Source: Neoechinorhynchus agilis (lineage: Eukaryota; Animalia; Acanthocephala). From it: a stretch of 64,000 bases of DNA. The position numbers and the translations under genes are program-made. The DNA lies in NCBI GenBank assembly GCA_051530055.1, contig CM121341.1, forward strand, positions 18,020,784 to 18,084,783. Reading direction: 5' to 3'. How positions within the stretch are numbered: the stretch's first letter is position 1; each line of letters begins with the position of its first letter. Under the pieces are notes generated by a model. It saw only the letters and a program-made list of their open reading frames with translations, was not told where the DNA came from and searched no databases. Positions 1 through 13,234 of this stretch are shown piece after piece.

Positions 1-206
1 ATTGACGCATTTGATTGTCCCCTTATTCATCATTAATTTTATTTAAAATATGATTCTGCAGGGAAAAATTCATATGAGGTCTGAAATCCTCGTTTCCAGT
101 TTTTCCAAACACTGGTGCGCTAAATAAATAAAAACCGATTTTTCTACACATCAACGCACGAATCGAGAGTATAATTTACAGTAAAGCTGAAATTATCGAC
201 ATTCGG

Positions 207-3200
207 TTATATAATCACATTTGCAGTCAGGGCCAAAATAAGCGCGTAGTTAAGTCTATAAATATTATATGTGGAAGTGAGTGAGGTGACTATGGAACAT
301 AGCGTAGTGAATGCAAAACATCCGGTGAACTTTAGAAAGCCATATCGTTTACTATGAGTTGTATTTGTTCGCTTTCTAACAAAACGAAGTAGATAGACTG
401 CGTAGACAAAGATTGCAATCGGGGTACTGGAATCGAATAAGAGGAGAGCGCCGCGGAATCCTTGTGTTTTCACAGTTGATAGAAATGCGATTGCAATTGG
501 ACTGTTCGCAATAATGAGTAGAATATAAATCAAACAATCGGTTATAACTGTGACGGCTAAGAATTTCTTATTGGGATCCCGGAGAAGAAAAACCAATCGA
601 ATCAATGTGTGCACCAAGAAGACCATGAACACAAAGGTGCCCACAGTGAGCATAAGGATAACAAATGCCGACATAGACGTGAAAATCATTTCGAGTTTGG
701 ACGCATCCATGCATTTGCTATTGGTAAATCCAATACATTTTCGACACCTTGCGCATTTGGAGATCAGCTTCGTTGTGTAACACAGTCCGATCCATAGTAA
801 CACATTTAATGTGACGCCCGTCAAAAGCAAGCCAATGAGAGTATGAAATCCGTCATATAAATCTTGAGTCCATATGTGAAAAAAAGTAAAGGCATGAAGA
901 AATCGTCTGTTAGTTGAGATGTTGTTTCCCGGAAAGCACAGTGGTGCCATTAAAAGACTATATGCAAATAATTCCGCAATAAAGACGATAACTGAAGAGT
1001 ATACCATATGCTGCATTCCTATTAGTCGAAACCGTTCACCAATTAAAATAAAGAAAAATGTAGATGAAGTCATAAAAGAGAGAATAATTGGACCATAGAC
1101 ATGAAGCCAATTGAAGATTATGCTTCGCCAATATGCATCAATTCTCAATTCAATGGTGCAATAAGAAGGCGCTACCACTTCGATAACCGGATACTCCGTT
1201 GTCCGTGAAAATATTCTTGTGAGCATAAACGGTTTTTTGGAATATATGCAATCTCGATTGTGGCGAATAAAATGTTTTCGTGCATAAATGTCTTGATATT
1301 GGCCAGGCACTGCAAATCTTACATAATAAGGATTCCATAATGAATTGTTCAAGCATTTGACATGCTCGACTGTGATTCTATAAGCTTGCCATAATCGATT
1401 GAAATGCTCGACGCAAACACGACGATGTATATGGCCTGAAGTAACAATACTTATGGACCGGGTATGTGAGAGGCTATGACAATTGGCGTCGATTCCAGAA
1501 TCGCTAGAAATCGCTTCCAGTTCGAAAAACAAAACTTTATTGGGCTGCGAAGAGAATTTTCGAGCTTTTAAAATAATTATTACTTGAGTGATCGGTATTG
1601 AGTTTTCAGTGATTAATGGAATACTCGCAATCTTAAGCTTTCTACGATTAGCAGGTGTGTTGACCATTGGGCAATAATTTGTACTTTTCTCATCGGCCTC
1701 GGGAGCAATCATAGTTCGAAAAGTTTGATCTTGAGCCTTTATCGGCGTCTGTGAACGGAAATCAATATCATTACTTAGTGTATATAACCAGTTATAAGCA
1801 GAAGCACAGTTTGTGATCAAGTTCAGCTTGTCGAACCGCGAAAGGTCTTCTATTGTGACAAAGATCATTAAGTCTTTTGAATGATTCAATGATTCGAGAT
1901 TGATGAAATCACCGACAGTGATTCGATCGGTTTGGTTGAGTTTGTATTCTCGAATGGTTGCATTGTATCCACGGAAAAGAGTTCAATGCAAAATAAGGGC
2001 TAGATAATTGACAAGGCATATTTGTCAAAAAAAGTAAATTAAATTTCTTGAAAATCCTTGTAAAGGAACATACTAAAGTTGTATTCTCATTCCATAGAGA
2101 ATTGACATGAATTACGATGATTGATCAGTGATTTTGATGCGTACGAGAATCGACATAAAGTTAATTGTGGAATTATTTCGATTGTTGGACAAAAAAGCAT
2201 TTCGTCCTATGTTAATCTACAAATCGCCGAAAGTCAGGAGGAAGGTTCTCATGCCATTCTGAGATCAATAGCGTAATTTCTCGCGCGTTTAGAACAGCGA
2301 AGTTCCCCAACATCTTTGTCGACTAGACGGTCGTCGACTTGACGGAATTGCGGCCTTTCCGTGGCGGGAGGGCAAATGCCTTCTCTTTGACGCCACGTGT
2401 GTGGACACCCTCGCAGCCAGCAACATCCGCTACCCCCTCGAAATCGCCGGTGGTGCCGCCAGTGCATCGGAAGGGAAGAAGGTACGAAAATATAGAGAAT
2501 TAGCAAGGGCCCACTATTTTATCCCCTTCGGAGTAGAGACGTATGGAGCGCTTGGCAGCTCGGCATTCACTCTGCTCCAGGACGACCGGCGGCGCACGAG
2601 CAGGTGTATTCCCGTGACAAAATATCTCGCTCGCAGTGCGACGAGGCAATGCTGCTATCGTGATAGCGACAGCCGAGGAAGGAGAGATGCTAAGATTTTG
2701 CGGACGGTGGTGATTGCACGTTTTGTGCTTTATTATTGTAAAAGTTATTGTATCTAAAAAAATTGCAAGGATTCATCTACAAATGGCGCAATTTCGAAGC
2801 TACAACGTTAAAAGGATTTCATAACAAATTTGTAGCGGAAAATTTATAATATTTTGATTTCATATGACTCTACTTCATGGCAGAAACCTTCATTTCAAGG
2901 TTCTTGTTGGGAAATTAGATGAATAGGGAAAAGCAGAGGTACCTACTGATTTATACAGTCTAATCTCCACAAATCAGAAAGATGTTTACAGTTGTTAAGA
3001 AATCCCACGTACAGAATATTGTGATTCCACACGCCCGGCTATACACTGTATTTTTGGATAGAAACAATATTACGAGCAGCTAAATTAGCAAAAATTCCGC
3101 CCGGATTTCATGAACACTAAACCGTTGCTGACGAATTTAAAATAGTCGGTCGTTTTGTGCGATAGTCAGGATGTAGCTGTCGCTCGCCAAACCCAGAATT

Positions 3201-5025
3201 GACTAGGTATTTGGTTGCAATACTTTGGTAGATTTGGGCATCGGCATTCGATGGGTGACGGGTAACAGCGAGTTTATCGTAAAACTCGTATAACATCCGA
3301 ACGATTCTAACAATGAACTCATTGCACCAAACCATACAGATATGATCGAGCGTCATCCAAACACCAGGAATACTGGTTGTACTAACACTCATAGTCAGCA
3401 GTGAGCTAGAATTCAAAAGTTTCAGCTGACATACATGACCAGGAACAAGTACATCGTTCATTCCACCAAAGATAGACACAAAGAGTGTTGATCGGTCGGA
3501 TTTATTGTTTGATTTCAATCTGCCGTCTTGATGATGCCTGTAAAATTCGTTCATATAAAGATCGGTGTTCACAACGGGTGCCAAATGTGGAGTAGAAAGG
3601 GTAAGAACCAGAGGTATATGAACGTTTTTGTTGAAATTAAGATGAGCGTATTGACTGCACAGTAAGCCGCCCATTGAATTACCAATCAATACCAAATGCT
3701 GATGGTGCAATCAATCGAATTTTAGGTTGGTAGGCAAAATATTTTTGGTTAGATAGCACCAAAATTGAAAATGTACGTGAGCAAATTTGTTATTGTAAGT
3801 CCCGAGGACATAAGATGGCCTAAAATGTGCTGAATGGGTGAAAGTAAAGAATGAAGATTTTTGAAAAGAAAGGATTAATTCAAGTTACTTGGCGCGACAT
3901 GATGCTGAAAATGACAAAATTAAATAAGCCAATACATTAAAAACATTCACTACAAATCCCGTTTAAATATCGAAAACACTTGGTGGCGATCAAGAAACTT
4001 TCATGTTGTCCGTAAAAAACTCATGCTAAAAATCTCAATTACTCCATGAACACTTTAGGACACTATTTGCATACTATTAAGTGCTAACAAAAAATATGAC
4101 CACTTAATGTGAAGTTCTGAATTTCAAATTAAAATATCATTAAAACGTCAGCTATTTCTCGGATATTTCAGATAAAGTGAAAAATCACGTAACACGAAAT
4201 CAAATCCGAAAAAATTCATTACGAGAAAAGCGAAGCAAACTGGATAAAATTTTAAAGATCAAGCGATTAAATGTTAATTTTCTCGTTGTAATTCAGAATC
4301 GTTTTTCTTCATTTTATCTATTAAATTATAAAAACGTAATTTTGAATGGTGGTGAACATAATTCCGGTTAAATATTCCTTTATTATTAAATGACTGATGA
4401 GGTAGGTTTAATCGTGAAATATTTCATAATAATGAAGGAATCGTTAACAGGGATTATGTTCACCATCATTAAATATTTGCCATCCCGAAGGATCCTCTTG
4501 ATATGATTAAACGTCCATCAAAAGTATCGGAACTCATCCTTCAAAATCGATTAATGCACTTCTATGTCGCTGACTCAAATACTTCAGGCATTGATTGAGA
4601 AACATCATTTGATTGAAAAGATATTCTCCACACAAACCCGATAATTGTTCGTCAAAGTCAATAGAATAAAATCGAGGCATTTGCCGAGTCGGCATAGAAT
4701 ATCGTTCGTATTTGTCCTCAAAGTATCTCAAGGAAACCGAGGCTAAAGATCGGACTTGTTTATAGCTGTCGGCATTTCCGGTTACAAACAGAACTCCCAT
4801 CGGGACTTTACCTTCTGGCTGGTGACATTGAATACCCTCGCAATATTCAAAAAGACCATACCGTTCAAATTGTTTTTCGTCTAAACAGGACTCAATTTCG
4901 ATTTTCTTGTAAATTGGTGGTTCGAACATGTAAGTCATCGAGCAGTAATTCGTCTCGAAAATTGAAGAAAATCCACTTGAAATAGTATTGAAAACCAGTA
5001 ACGAAAATAGCGAAAACGCAATCAT
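207..5025 (-). CDS. PGAP1: GPI inositol-deacylase (PGAP1/Bst1 family), multi-exon; central exons between about 1990 and 3120 not resolved
   Basis: ORF 4534-5025 has N-terminal TM plus CSMTYMFEPP, LFVTGNADSYKQVRS and FYSIDFDEQLSGLCG. ORF 3117-3710 has LVLIGNSMGG (GxSxG), TLSTPHLAPV, GGMNDVLVP and DHICMVWC. ORF 207-1889 encodes the multi-TM C-terminus. Confidence 0.85.
2225..2774 (+). mobile_element. 5'-truncated CRE-like non-LTR retrotransposon fragment (restriction-like endonuclease end) inside PGAP1, antisense to the gene, with 10-bp target-site duplication
   Basis: Translates to DTLAAS...AEGKKVRKYREL...YFIPFGVETYGALG and later AVRRGNAA, with an A-run near 2755-2762. ATCTACAAAT occurs at both 2215-2224 and 2775-2784. 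Confidence 0.75.
4341..4473 (+). repeat. Imperfect hairpin element in PGAP1 intron 1 with a degenerate minimal hammerhead-like motif in its loop
   Basis: Arms TTTGAATGGTGGTGAACATAATTCC and GGATTATGTTCACCATCATTAAA. Inside is ATGA-CTGATGA(4394-4400)-ggtaggtttaatcgt-GAAA(4416-4419)-TA-TT-TCAT. Confidence 0.5.
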
Positions 5026-5522
5026 CTTGAAGCGTTTTCCTTTTTATTCTTTTAACCGCACGATTCACGAGCGTTTTCTTCCTTACTGATGACCGATAAT
5101 TAATTATTCGAATTGTCATCGATCGAACGCATTGTTCTCCAACAAATTCAACAATTTTGAAATGAAATTTGTGATCCATTGAATAGGCGATGTTGCATTC
5201 TGCAGAGTTTCTACGGTCAATCCAATGAATTTAGAGCCATTTATAAACTTTTTTTGAACTTTTTATGGTTAAAAAACATTTTTCTATATTTGAGTAAAAT
5301 ACTGACTGGAACGATTAGAGTTTCACAGAAACTTTGAATCAGAATCACTACTTTTTTAGTGTAGGAACTAAGAATCGATGATTTTTACGGTTATAGCAAT
5401 TTCTTCAAGAGAGATTTATTGAACTGCCTGACGGATCTCAATTTTGTTTAAAATCACCAGGTTTATTGAAGTTATAAAAATAAGGAAGTTTCCATCTTAT
5501 AGCAAATTAGATTATCCCAATT

Positions 5523-5692
5523 TCGATATGTAATGTACCGGGGAATGTGATTGGAATTATTGTTTAGGTCTATACCCGGTAAATGATTATTTATTAAAGA
5601 CGTTTCGAACCTCGTCGGGTTCATCATCAGTTTGTTGAAGTAGTGAGAAATAATAAAGTTATGTAGCTTTTTCGCAATGAAAGTTCGTTAGC
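5523..5692 (-). mobile_element. Non-autonomous Penelope pseudo-LTR derivative (family A) with minimal hammerhead core; its distal part matches the 54550-54806 palindrome
   Basis: Minus strand reads AAA-CTGATGA-TGAACC-cgacga-GGTTC-GAAAC-GTC-TTT (core 5599-5630). It aligns with the PLE 3' end at 42241-42367 and with 58168-58350. 5637-5690 aligns with 54625-54685. Confidence 0.7.
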
Positions 5693-6152
5693 AATCCTCA
5701 AATGACACATTTTTTATTTGAATTTATTCCACTTTTCTATTCAGGTCTCAGATTTACCTTATTCTCGTGGGTGGTATGGCCTTTTATCTAATAGAAATTA
5801 TTCGTTTAATATTCAAACTAGAGTGATTGTGGATAATGTTTAGTGTTCCAGTGAAATCAAAGCATAATATCAGTGTCCAATGGTATTGTTTAAATGGGGG
5901 TCAATATTTCCCATTAATATCGCAATTGATGCTTCTAAGAACCTGCCAAGTTCGCTAAATGCCATATCGTGACAGTCAGGGAATGTGAGGCTTGATCGTA
6001 GATGCTCGAATGCATTGATAATAATGCCTAAACAGACATGAAGAATTGAAAGCTTTTGCTCATCAGCTGAATCATTGGAAGAACAATAAATCAAACGGCA
6101 GAAAAACGTAACTTGTTTTGGTGCGGTAGCGTCGGGTGGAAAAATCGACAAT

Positions 6153-9100
6153 ATGACTGGCACGAGTATTGCTAGAATAACCATTACAAGGGCAATTTCG
6201 TCCTCGGCACATTTCCGTTTGTTGGTTATCGGTGCTGGCAGCGCCGGTCTTAACCACTGCTGGAAGATGAGACGTGTCCTGGGCGGTGATGCCAAAATCG
6301 GAATTTGCGATGGTTCTAAGGTACATGCAGGTTCTTAACTGGAGCTGCGGATTTTTTCGAATTTCAGTTTTTAAGAGATAATACTCAACTTGAATGTCAA
6401 TTTAATCGAAATATGAGCAACTCGACGCTATAGTGCACTTCTTGGTCAACATTTGAAAATGCTAAAATGTCTAATAATCCACACTGGAAATGTGGCGATC
6501 ATAATCCCGGATTGAAAAATATCTTCAGTTTTGATTGGCTCGAGATATTTCACGAGGAAACCTCGCTTCATCAGTCATCTAAAAAATTTGTTATTTTACG
6601 CGAGAACTATACAATATAAAATATCGAAGGCGAGGCTTTCTCGCATCATATATCGATTCAGTAAAATATTTTCTATTCGGGATTAAGATCACCACATCTC
6701 CAACTCTGTCATTCCGAAGGATTTTCTCTTGATGAGTAATTTACAATAGTTTAGCGCAATGCTGATTTTATCTTAATTGTTGATTAAAACTTACCTGGGA
6801 TTATTATCTTCGGGGGAAAGATGCTTTCTTGTGGTAGTTATACCACCAGGATTTGAATTGACTAATTTATTTCCGATATTTCACGTCAGATAATTCCGAT
6901 AGTATCCAGTTTTATCATTGCATGTAAATTTTCTGCTATGTAAACTCGTGTGATAGAAAACTTACAAGCAATGATTAAACCTTGATAATGCCTAAATTAT
7001 CCGACGAAATACCGGGAATAAATCAGTGAATTTAAATCAGGGATAGTATAATCACAAAAAGAAAGTAAAACTTATCTATAGTCAACATGAAAAAGAACTT
7101 TCTTTGCGTAATAAGGATTTTCGCAGGAACTGCTAAAAATTCGCATTTTCCAAAGTTTTTTGCATTTTAGAAATGCAAGAATGTTACAATGACTTCAGTT
7201 GTATTGGGCTGACATGGCGATGGTAAATTCTGCATACTTCATGAAATTGTCTAGTTGGTGATTTTATACTTTTCGATATTTTACTAAATTCTTGTAATGC
7301 TTATCCGAATGATCGTGGTCTAAATAAACATATGTATAAACTGTGAAACAACTTGATCAAAGCGAGACAATACCAAGCTATTGATAAATAACCATTTTTG
7401 AATACAATAAGTCTAAATTATCACCTAATTCAATTTCCAGCTACACCGCTATCAACCAGGATGGACGTTAGCAGCTGTGAACCAATTGAAGTTTAAATCT
7501 TTAACGAAAGATTTGATTGACTGCCTTCCGCGGGGAGTTGATTTTATCAACCAAAATGCAGCTGAGTTTAAACCAGATGAAAATACTGTGGTACTTGAAA
7601 ATGGGCAAAATGTTTGTAGGTTATGTTTTAGACTGATTGAACTATTGATACTTAAAGCTCTCATACGACTGCTTGGTGGTCACAACTGGAGTGCAGATTG
7701 ATTTAAAACCAGTAGAAGGGATTGAAGACGCGTTGGAAAACGATCCTATGGTATTTACAATCTTCGACCCTAGATATGTTACAAAGAGTTATAAAGCGAT
7801 TATGAGATTCAAACAGAACGGAGGTCGTGCTATTTTCTCGTACCCATTCACGGAGACGTTCAAATGCCGAGGCGCGGCCGTAAAAATCATGTTTTTAGCG
7901 GATGATATCTTTAAGAAGGTTGGTGGTGTGTTCAATTTTTAGTTTTTTTCAACCAGATCAACGGCCAAGCGACTGTTTACTGTTCTAGAGTTTATGTCAT
8001 ATGGTGAATGCTCATTAAAATTAAGACTATAATTTTTTATTTAATTTCAATGCGCTTTCTTTCAAAATCCAAAGCAAATGTCAACATAAAGACTTTTATG
8101 TAAACTATGGTAATGAACTGAAAATTCAAAACTTTTTCAGTGCAAATTCCGGGATCATGGTTCATTGTATTTCGAACGAATTTATGTTTGGGGTGAGCCC
8201 TATTACAGTTCCGCATCACAAATTTGTTTAATGTCCTTTGTGGGAAATTTCGCGATTAATCGCAAACTTTTAAAAAACACTAAGAAATTTAGCATCTTAT
8301 CTTTAAATACGATTGATGTGATTCTTCAATTATAATGCAATGTTCCACAGAGACCCAAAGCTCCGAAAAACGAAGTTATATTCGTCACGTCAAAGGATTA
8401 TCTATTTTCGGTTCAACATTATAATGCGCCACTCGTGAACATTGCCAATCGAAGGTATTTATTTAAAATTGTTTGACTAGTTTAATACAATTATTCTTAA
8501 GAAACATTAAACAATTGTATGACAATAACCTAACAAGTATTGATCACAAGTCGAAAACGATTACAGTAGTATCTTCAAAAGGACGGTCTTTAACGATTGA
8601 GGTAATATCTTTTGAAATAAGGGCACCTGCGGTGTAACATGAACGAGGTGATTACTTTAGACTCCTTGAACCCTCAAATTTTCGTTTGCTGAATCGAATA
8701 GAGGCTCAAAGTAGTAAGATTAAAATTATGCAATTACTTGGTTGAAAAACTTCAGACTAGTTAGAGCTTTTGCGTTACGTTTGTGACTGGGGTATACGAG
8801 TTTTTAGAAACGATAGCCAAACCTAATACCCAAGTTTTTGGAATGTAAAAAGATCAGTGTTTAGTATTGTATTTTCGCTTCAGTATTCAGTACTGTATGA
8901 TTTATCCAGGAATAATCGTTGTATTTTCAGTACGATCTTCTTCATTATACACCTGACATGGTATCCGTTCCAGCTGTGGCCAACAGTCCTCTCGCTGATT
9001 CCACTGGGTTTGTTGAAGTTGATAAACACACGACCCAACATGTTCGATATCCAAACGTATTTTCAATTGGAGATGGAAGCAATCTTCCTACAAGTAAAAC

Positions 9101-9537
9101 GCTAGCCGCTGTAGCGTCCGAATCAAAAATACTCTTTGAGAACGTCAATTCTTTTTTCGCAGGAAAACCACTTCGTGCAAAAGTCAGATTTTCTTACTTA
9201 AAAAATAATTTAATAGCCTCTGTATAGTATAATGGATACACAGCATGTCCATTGACGACATCTCTCAATCACATCGTCTTGGCTGAATTTGATTATGATA
9301 AGAACCCAATGGAGACATTTCCCTTTGACCAAAGAAAAGAATCTAGGAATATGTTTTGGCTTAAGAAGTACGTATTTCCTCCATTATACTGGAGATCTTT
9401 TCTTAGGTTTGTGTTTCGGAATTTTTTTTATAAATTATAGACCACATGAACACAGGGGGAATTGGGAAGGACCTGCATTAGTCCAAAGGATACTGAAACT
9501 GCTGACGTTGAATCGGAAGCGCTTTGTAAGAAATTAA
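6153..9537 (+). CDS. SQOR: Mitochondrial sulfide:quinone oxidoreductase; exons about 6153-6320, 7441-7611, 7658-7918, 8351-8454, 8502-8601, 8931-9182, 9228-9406, 9456-9537
   Basis: FAD motif LLVIGAGSAG, HRYQPGWTL, FKCRGAAVKIM (Cys201 equivalent), YPNVFSIGDGSNLPTSKT, YNGYTACPL (Cys379 equivalent) and LAEFDY...ETFPFDQ. All seven junctions join in frame with GT-AG introns. Confidence 0.95.
6540..6578 (-). ncRNA. Candidate minimal type I hammerhead ribozyme in SQOR intron 1 (same family as 4394)
   Basis: Minus strand reads ATGA-CTGATGA-A-GCGAGG-ttt-CCTCGT-GAAA-TA-TC-TCG: intact core, 6-bp stem II, palindromic mini stem III and an AUC cleavage triplet. Confidence 0.55.
6800..7065. repeat. Imperfect ~240-bp palindrome in SQOR intron 1 (family C, PLE-like) with decayed UUGAUAA...GAAA motif
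   Basis: 6824-6935 is an imperfect reverse complement of 6955-7065. CTTGATAAT...CGACGAAATAC lies at 6981-7012. A related copy is at 14300-14445. Confidence 0.55.
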
Positions 9538-9919
9538 ACTTTTTCAGATTGTGGTTTGAATGAAGCACACTGAAAAAATAAACGAATTTACGTTTAGACA
9601 CTCAAAACATATTAGTGTCTTAAACGATGTCCACCCATGATAAATCTAAAACAGGCAAAATTTTCTGTCAGTTTGTTATCTTCAGTTAAATTTTGCCTTA
9701 AAAAGAAATCGCATTTACGAAAACATCAACTTTAAGAGCATGTTACAAAATAGTGTACGATAATCGCAATTTTTGTATAATTTATCCTTATTTTGATTAT
9801 GTGCAGCATTGCGTTTTGTCAGTTGAGATTAAAATCAAGTTTAAAGAGCATATAAATTTTATGGCTCGTTGTCATGACGAACTTGTAATTATGAAAATGC
9901 GCCCACCTTGATCGCTGCC

Positions 9920-11580
9920 ATGTTACTTGTTCTATTGCTAATATTCAGTGGTATACTTTAAAAATCACAAAAATTCCACTAACGGCACGTTATATATTTT
10001 GTAAAGTAACGAACTCCAGACGGACATCAAAATGTGTGGGATACTTACCATTATACGGGAAAAGGATAGCCTGTTGCGCTCCTTTAAACACTTATTTCGA
10101 GGAAGGAGTTGACGATTGCAAGTTTCTGTGTAGTACAACTAGTCGATGCAAAGTCGTGGAATACAACGTCAGAAACAAGTCATGTATTGGAATGGTAGTT
10201 GATCAATACTCGTGTGTTGGAACTTATCTCGTGATTTTCGAAATCTCTTCCCTCGTCAAATCAAAAAGTGTTGATTTTGTAACCATAGGATAGCACTTTA
10301 CAGATTGTCTTTATAGAAAAAAATTTAAATCTTTAAAATATGTAGCCTTCTTAAATATTGTGAAATTTCAATGTTTTCCGAGTACATAAAACTTTTAAGT
10401 GCCGATACAACTGCCACAAAAATGTATAGGATTTTTATTAAGAACATGTTATACTCCTAAGCTCGGAATAAAATAACGATCAATAAATTCACTTTCTTCT
10501 TATATTTAAATAAAACATCGGCTTAGCCCAAGTGACTTATATGAAAACTTTATTTATGCTCGATATTCTCGTTATCTTCTTTTTCTTAACACTAAATAGT
10601 AATCAAAATAAATTCATCTAATTTTTTTATCAACCGTCAATATTGAATTAAGCTCATTATTTTCTAATTCATTAATTAAAAATCAAAATTGCTTATTTAA
10701 AAGACTGCTTCAGCTCTTCGTGGTTCCACATGAAACTTTTTTCCTCTCAGAATCCGTCAAACACCATTGCAGTAGACTTTTGGATAGTAGATCGATTGGC
10801 CAAACAAAGACTGACGCAAACTTCAATGCGTACTACAAGACAGAGTGTTCATGTAAGTGCATTCAATTTGATTTTGATATTATCTTAAATTATCCCAATC
10901 AGCTCCTCGTGCCCTGAAACGACCAGAAGTCAAGACAGCATGCACTTACAGGTTGTTTCCTCGGAGGAAACTGTCTGATAAGTTCATTGCGGTGAAGATG
11001 ATTGGTCCTCGAATATCTATGCGACTATGTAAAATGTACTGCGATGCTGTTAAACGATGTCTTGCTTTCGTGTACAGTGGATTCAAGAATTCAAAATCAA
11101 ATCAGTGCCATTTGGCTCGATCAATAAGCACGGACATTAAGGACAGTTTCAGCCATGAACTCTTTGTTAAGCGAATTTGTACGATTGATGAGAAATTAGG
11201 TAAGTGTTTAGAAAAAGATTGCGCCTATAATGTTACTTCAATTACAAACAGCGACAAATAAACCTGTGATAAAAGTAGAATTGAGTACAAACATGGGGGA
11301 TTATATTAAAGTCACAAAAAGGCCGATGAAATGCTTCAAAGTTGCTCGAAATGGTACCAGGACACCCACTTTGTGCCAAGGAAGTTTTCATCCAAAACCA
11401 ATCGGAATGTCTGTGTTCGTGAATGAGACGAAAGTTGTGGTTCTTGACGATCCTGTTCGAATAGTTTCGAAGGCGGAAAGCAAAAATGAAATCGATGAAC
11501 AAATCACTGATGTAATTGACATAGAAGATTTAAATATCGATTTTGGTGTTTTTGGACTTAGAATGCCAGATAAGAAATGA
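9920..11580 (+). CDS. Probable secreted PAN/Apple-domain protein, multi-exon; boundaries uncertain
   Basis: Hydrophobic MLLVLLLIFSG start. Two Cys-patterned modules, CKFLCSTTSRCKVVEYNVRNKSC and CKMYCDAVKRCLAFVYSGFKNSKSNQCHL, match the PAN C-x3-C-x5-C-x2-F-x-Y...C pattern. Confidence 0.55.
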
Positions 11581-11640
11581 GAGATAAAAATAAGTCCGAA
11601 TGTAACTTTAAATAGAGTGGGATCGCTCAAGCTAAGTACA

Positions 11641-11677
11641 CAGTTCAGTGATCTAGAGCGGTGGTGTGAATGATTTC
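11641..11677 (+). repeat. Short dispersed repeat shared with the CRE-like remnant at 15688-15724
   Basis: 33 of 37 nt identical to the reverse complement of 15688-15724 (compared by eye). Confidence 0.6.
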
Positions 11678-12602
11678 ATGTCCGAAAAATTACCGCTCAT
11701 AAACATTCACACAATCGATGAAATAGATTTATAATACACACGAAGTTGGCATTTCCTCCTTCAATTTGAATACTCAATCACACACTACTGTTAGATCTAA
11801 GAGTGTACGTCAAAATATGCAATTTCCACTTCTCATGAAATGCCCCGTTAGACGTATCTCGATCGCCAAACTGTAAGGTGCTCGTTTACCATATTTATAG
11901 ACGTCCATAACACTTTTGGTCAAATCTTTGAGTTTTTCGACTATCACGATTAATATTTATTATCTTTTTTGTTTGAAAAACATGTTTTACAAATTTAATA
12001 TTATTGTGCTAGTTCTTCAATCAATTTTCTTACCATTTGATATTCAGTCCGGTTTCCACCCACATTCAATGACAAGCCGAGGAAAGTTGTTGATGGATAT
12101 AACGTCACTTTATCCCTCCTGCGTTAATCTTTATTACCCTTCCTCTTGTTATTTCAGATAACTCGCCATCTAAGATGACCATAATCTTCTCTAGATCTTT
12201 CACAGTCAATAGCTCACAGACTACAACACTTCAAGATTTAAAAGTGATAATTCATCCCTTCCTAATCTTTTTATACCAAACTGATTCGTATTGACCAGTG
12301 TTACTTATGAATCTTCCTGATTACTTTCTTTATAAACCATTTTTCAAAATAGAATCGTAATTCTGGGGGTCCTTCCGGCATTATTAGCACACTTAATTTG
12401 AACACTCCAGCGTTACATTTACAAAAATTACGATTGGAAAATTTAAAAGAATAAGCGATTCATCCTATTGCAATTTTGAAAATAGAAATTTCTTCAAATC
12501 ATGAGGTTGATCCCGACGGTATTTCTTTTTTAATTGGCTTTATTTATTTAAACCACTATTTGTTTGTTTATAATTATTTTCCAGAAATCCTAGATTCTCT
12601 GA

Positions 12603-13234
12603 TCACTGCTTATTTTGGCATGAACAATCAAACACATTGTGAATATCACATGCAAACTGTCGCTCACTTAATTGCTCATTTACTCGATTCAGATATCGTA
12701 ACTTTGCGGTATATTGAGCAGCTTCGTCGAGTTTATTATTAGCAAGAGCATCTTTGATCGCACTTATTTCCTCACTTATCCGTTTATGACGCAGATCGTT
12801 TCGTGTGAAGCGACGAAGTTACCTACGCTATTGATTTCGCTTTTTATTTGTGCGGCTTCTTTTTCATGACTTATTTGCTCAACTTCTTCGTTCAAAGCCA
12901 TCATTTCCATCAAAAATTTCGGATCCATGGATTGAACAGCAATGTCTTTACCCTTTAACTTCAATAAATATTCTGCTCGGTCGTATGAGGATCGAAGTGT
13001 TTTGTAGGCTGTACTCAGGACTTGAGCTCGATCATCGTTTTTCGAATTGTTGTTATGATCAGGATGAACTCTTTTCATTTTACTTCTGTATATCCGTTTC
13101 AGATCATCTTCGTCGATATCATAAGATGGCTCAAAACCAAATATCGCAAAATAGTTCTTTTTATCATAGAACAAACAGGAACATGGTCGAAATGGATGTT
13201 TTAGTATTGAAAAGAATTTCAGACTTTTGACCAT
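12603..13234 (-). CDS. HSCB: Fe-S cluster co-chaperone HscB/Jac1, two exons (about 13234-12827, then about 12770-12603)
   Basis: NYFAIFG...VHPD J-domain, AYKTL..SYDRAEYLLKLKG and FLMEMMALNEEV. The downstream frame EISAIKDALANNKLDEAAQYTAKLRYLNRV matches the HscB C-terminal helix bundle. Confidence 0.85.

Noticed and set aside
1880-1895. 8-bp tandem duplication AATGATTC in PGAP1 as a frameshifting transposon footprint
   Set aside because: The frame of the 560-aa ORF is already open and coding-like for about 30 codons upstream, so no frameshift is required.
1983-2090. TGA read as Trp would join PGAP1 central frames smoothly (SME*EYNF/TLILH*TLFRG)
   Set aside because: TGA is the terminator in SEC62, HSCB and both nucleoredoxins, and the long ORFs encode Trp as TGG throughout. 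A canonical splice path through this region can also be drawn.
5087-5110. CTGATGA near the PGAP1 start as another hammerhead
   Set aside because: No GAAA or UH at the required spacing; a chance heptamer.
9407-9455. Apparent PHEHR insertion in SQOR
   Set aside because: A second in-frame acceptor (ACACAG, 9454-9455) restores LR-GNWEGP. At most this is a tandem-acceptor isoform.
11880-12420. Decayed minus-strand coding-like stretch between the PAN gene and HSCB
   Set aside because: Multiple stops in all frames and no recognisable domain.
12770-12826. Non-canonical HSCB intron
   Set aside because: GTAGGT...GTGAG| works canonically at the cost of about four residues in a variable helix, so the evidence is insufficient.
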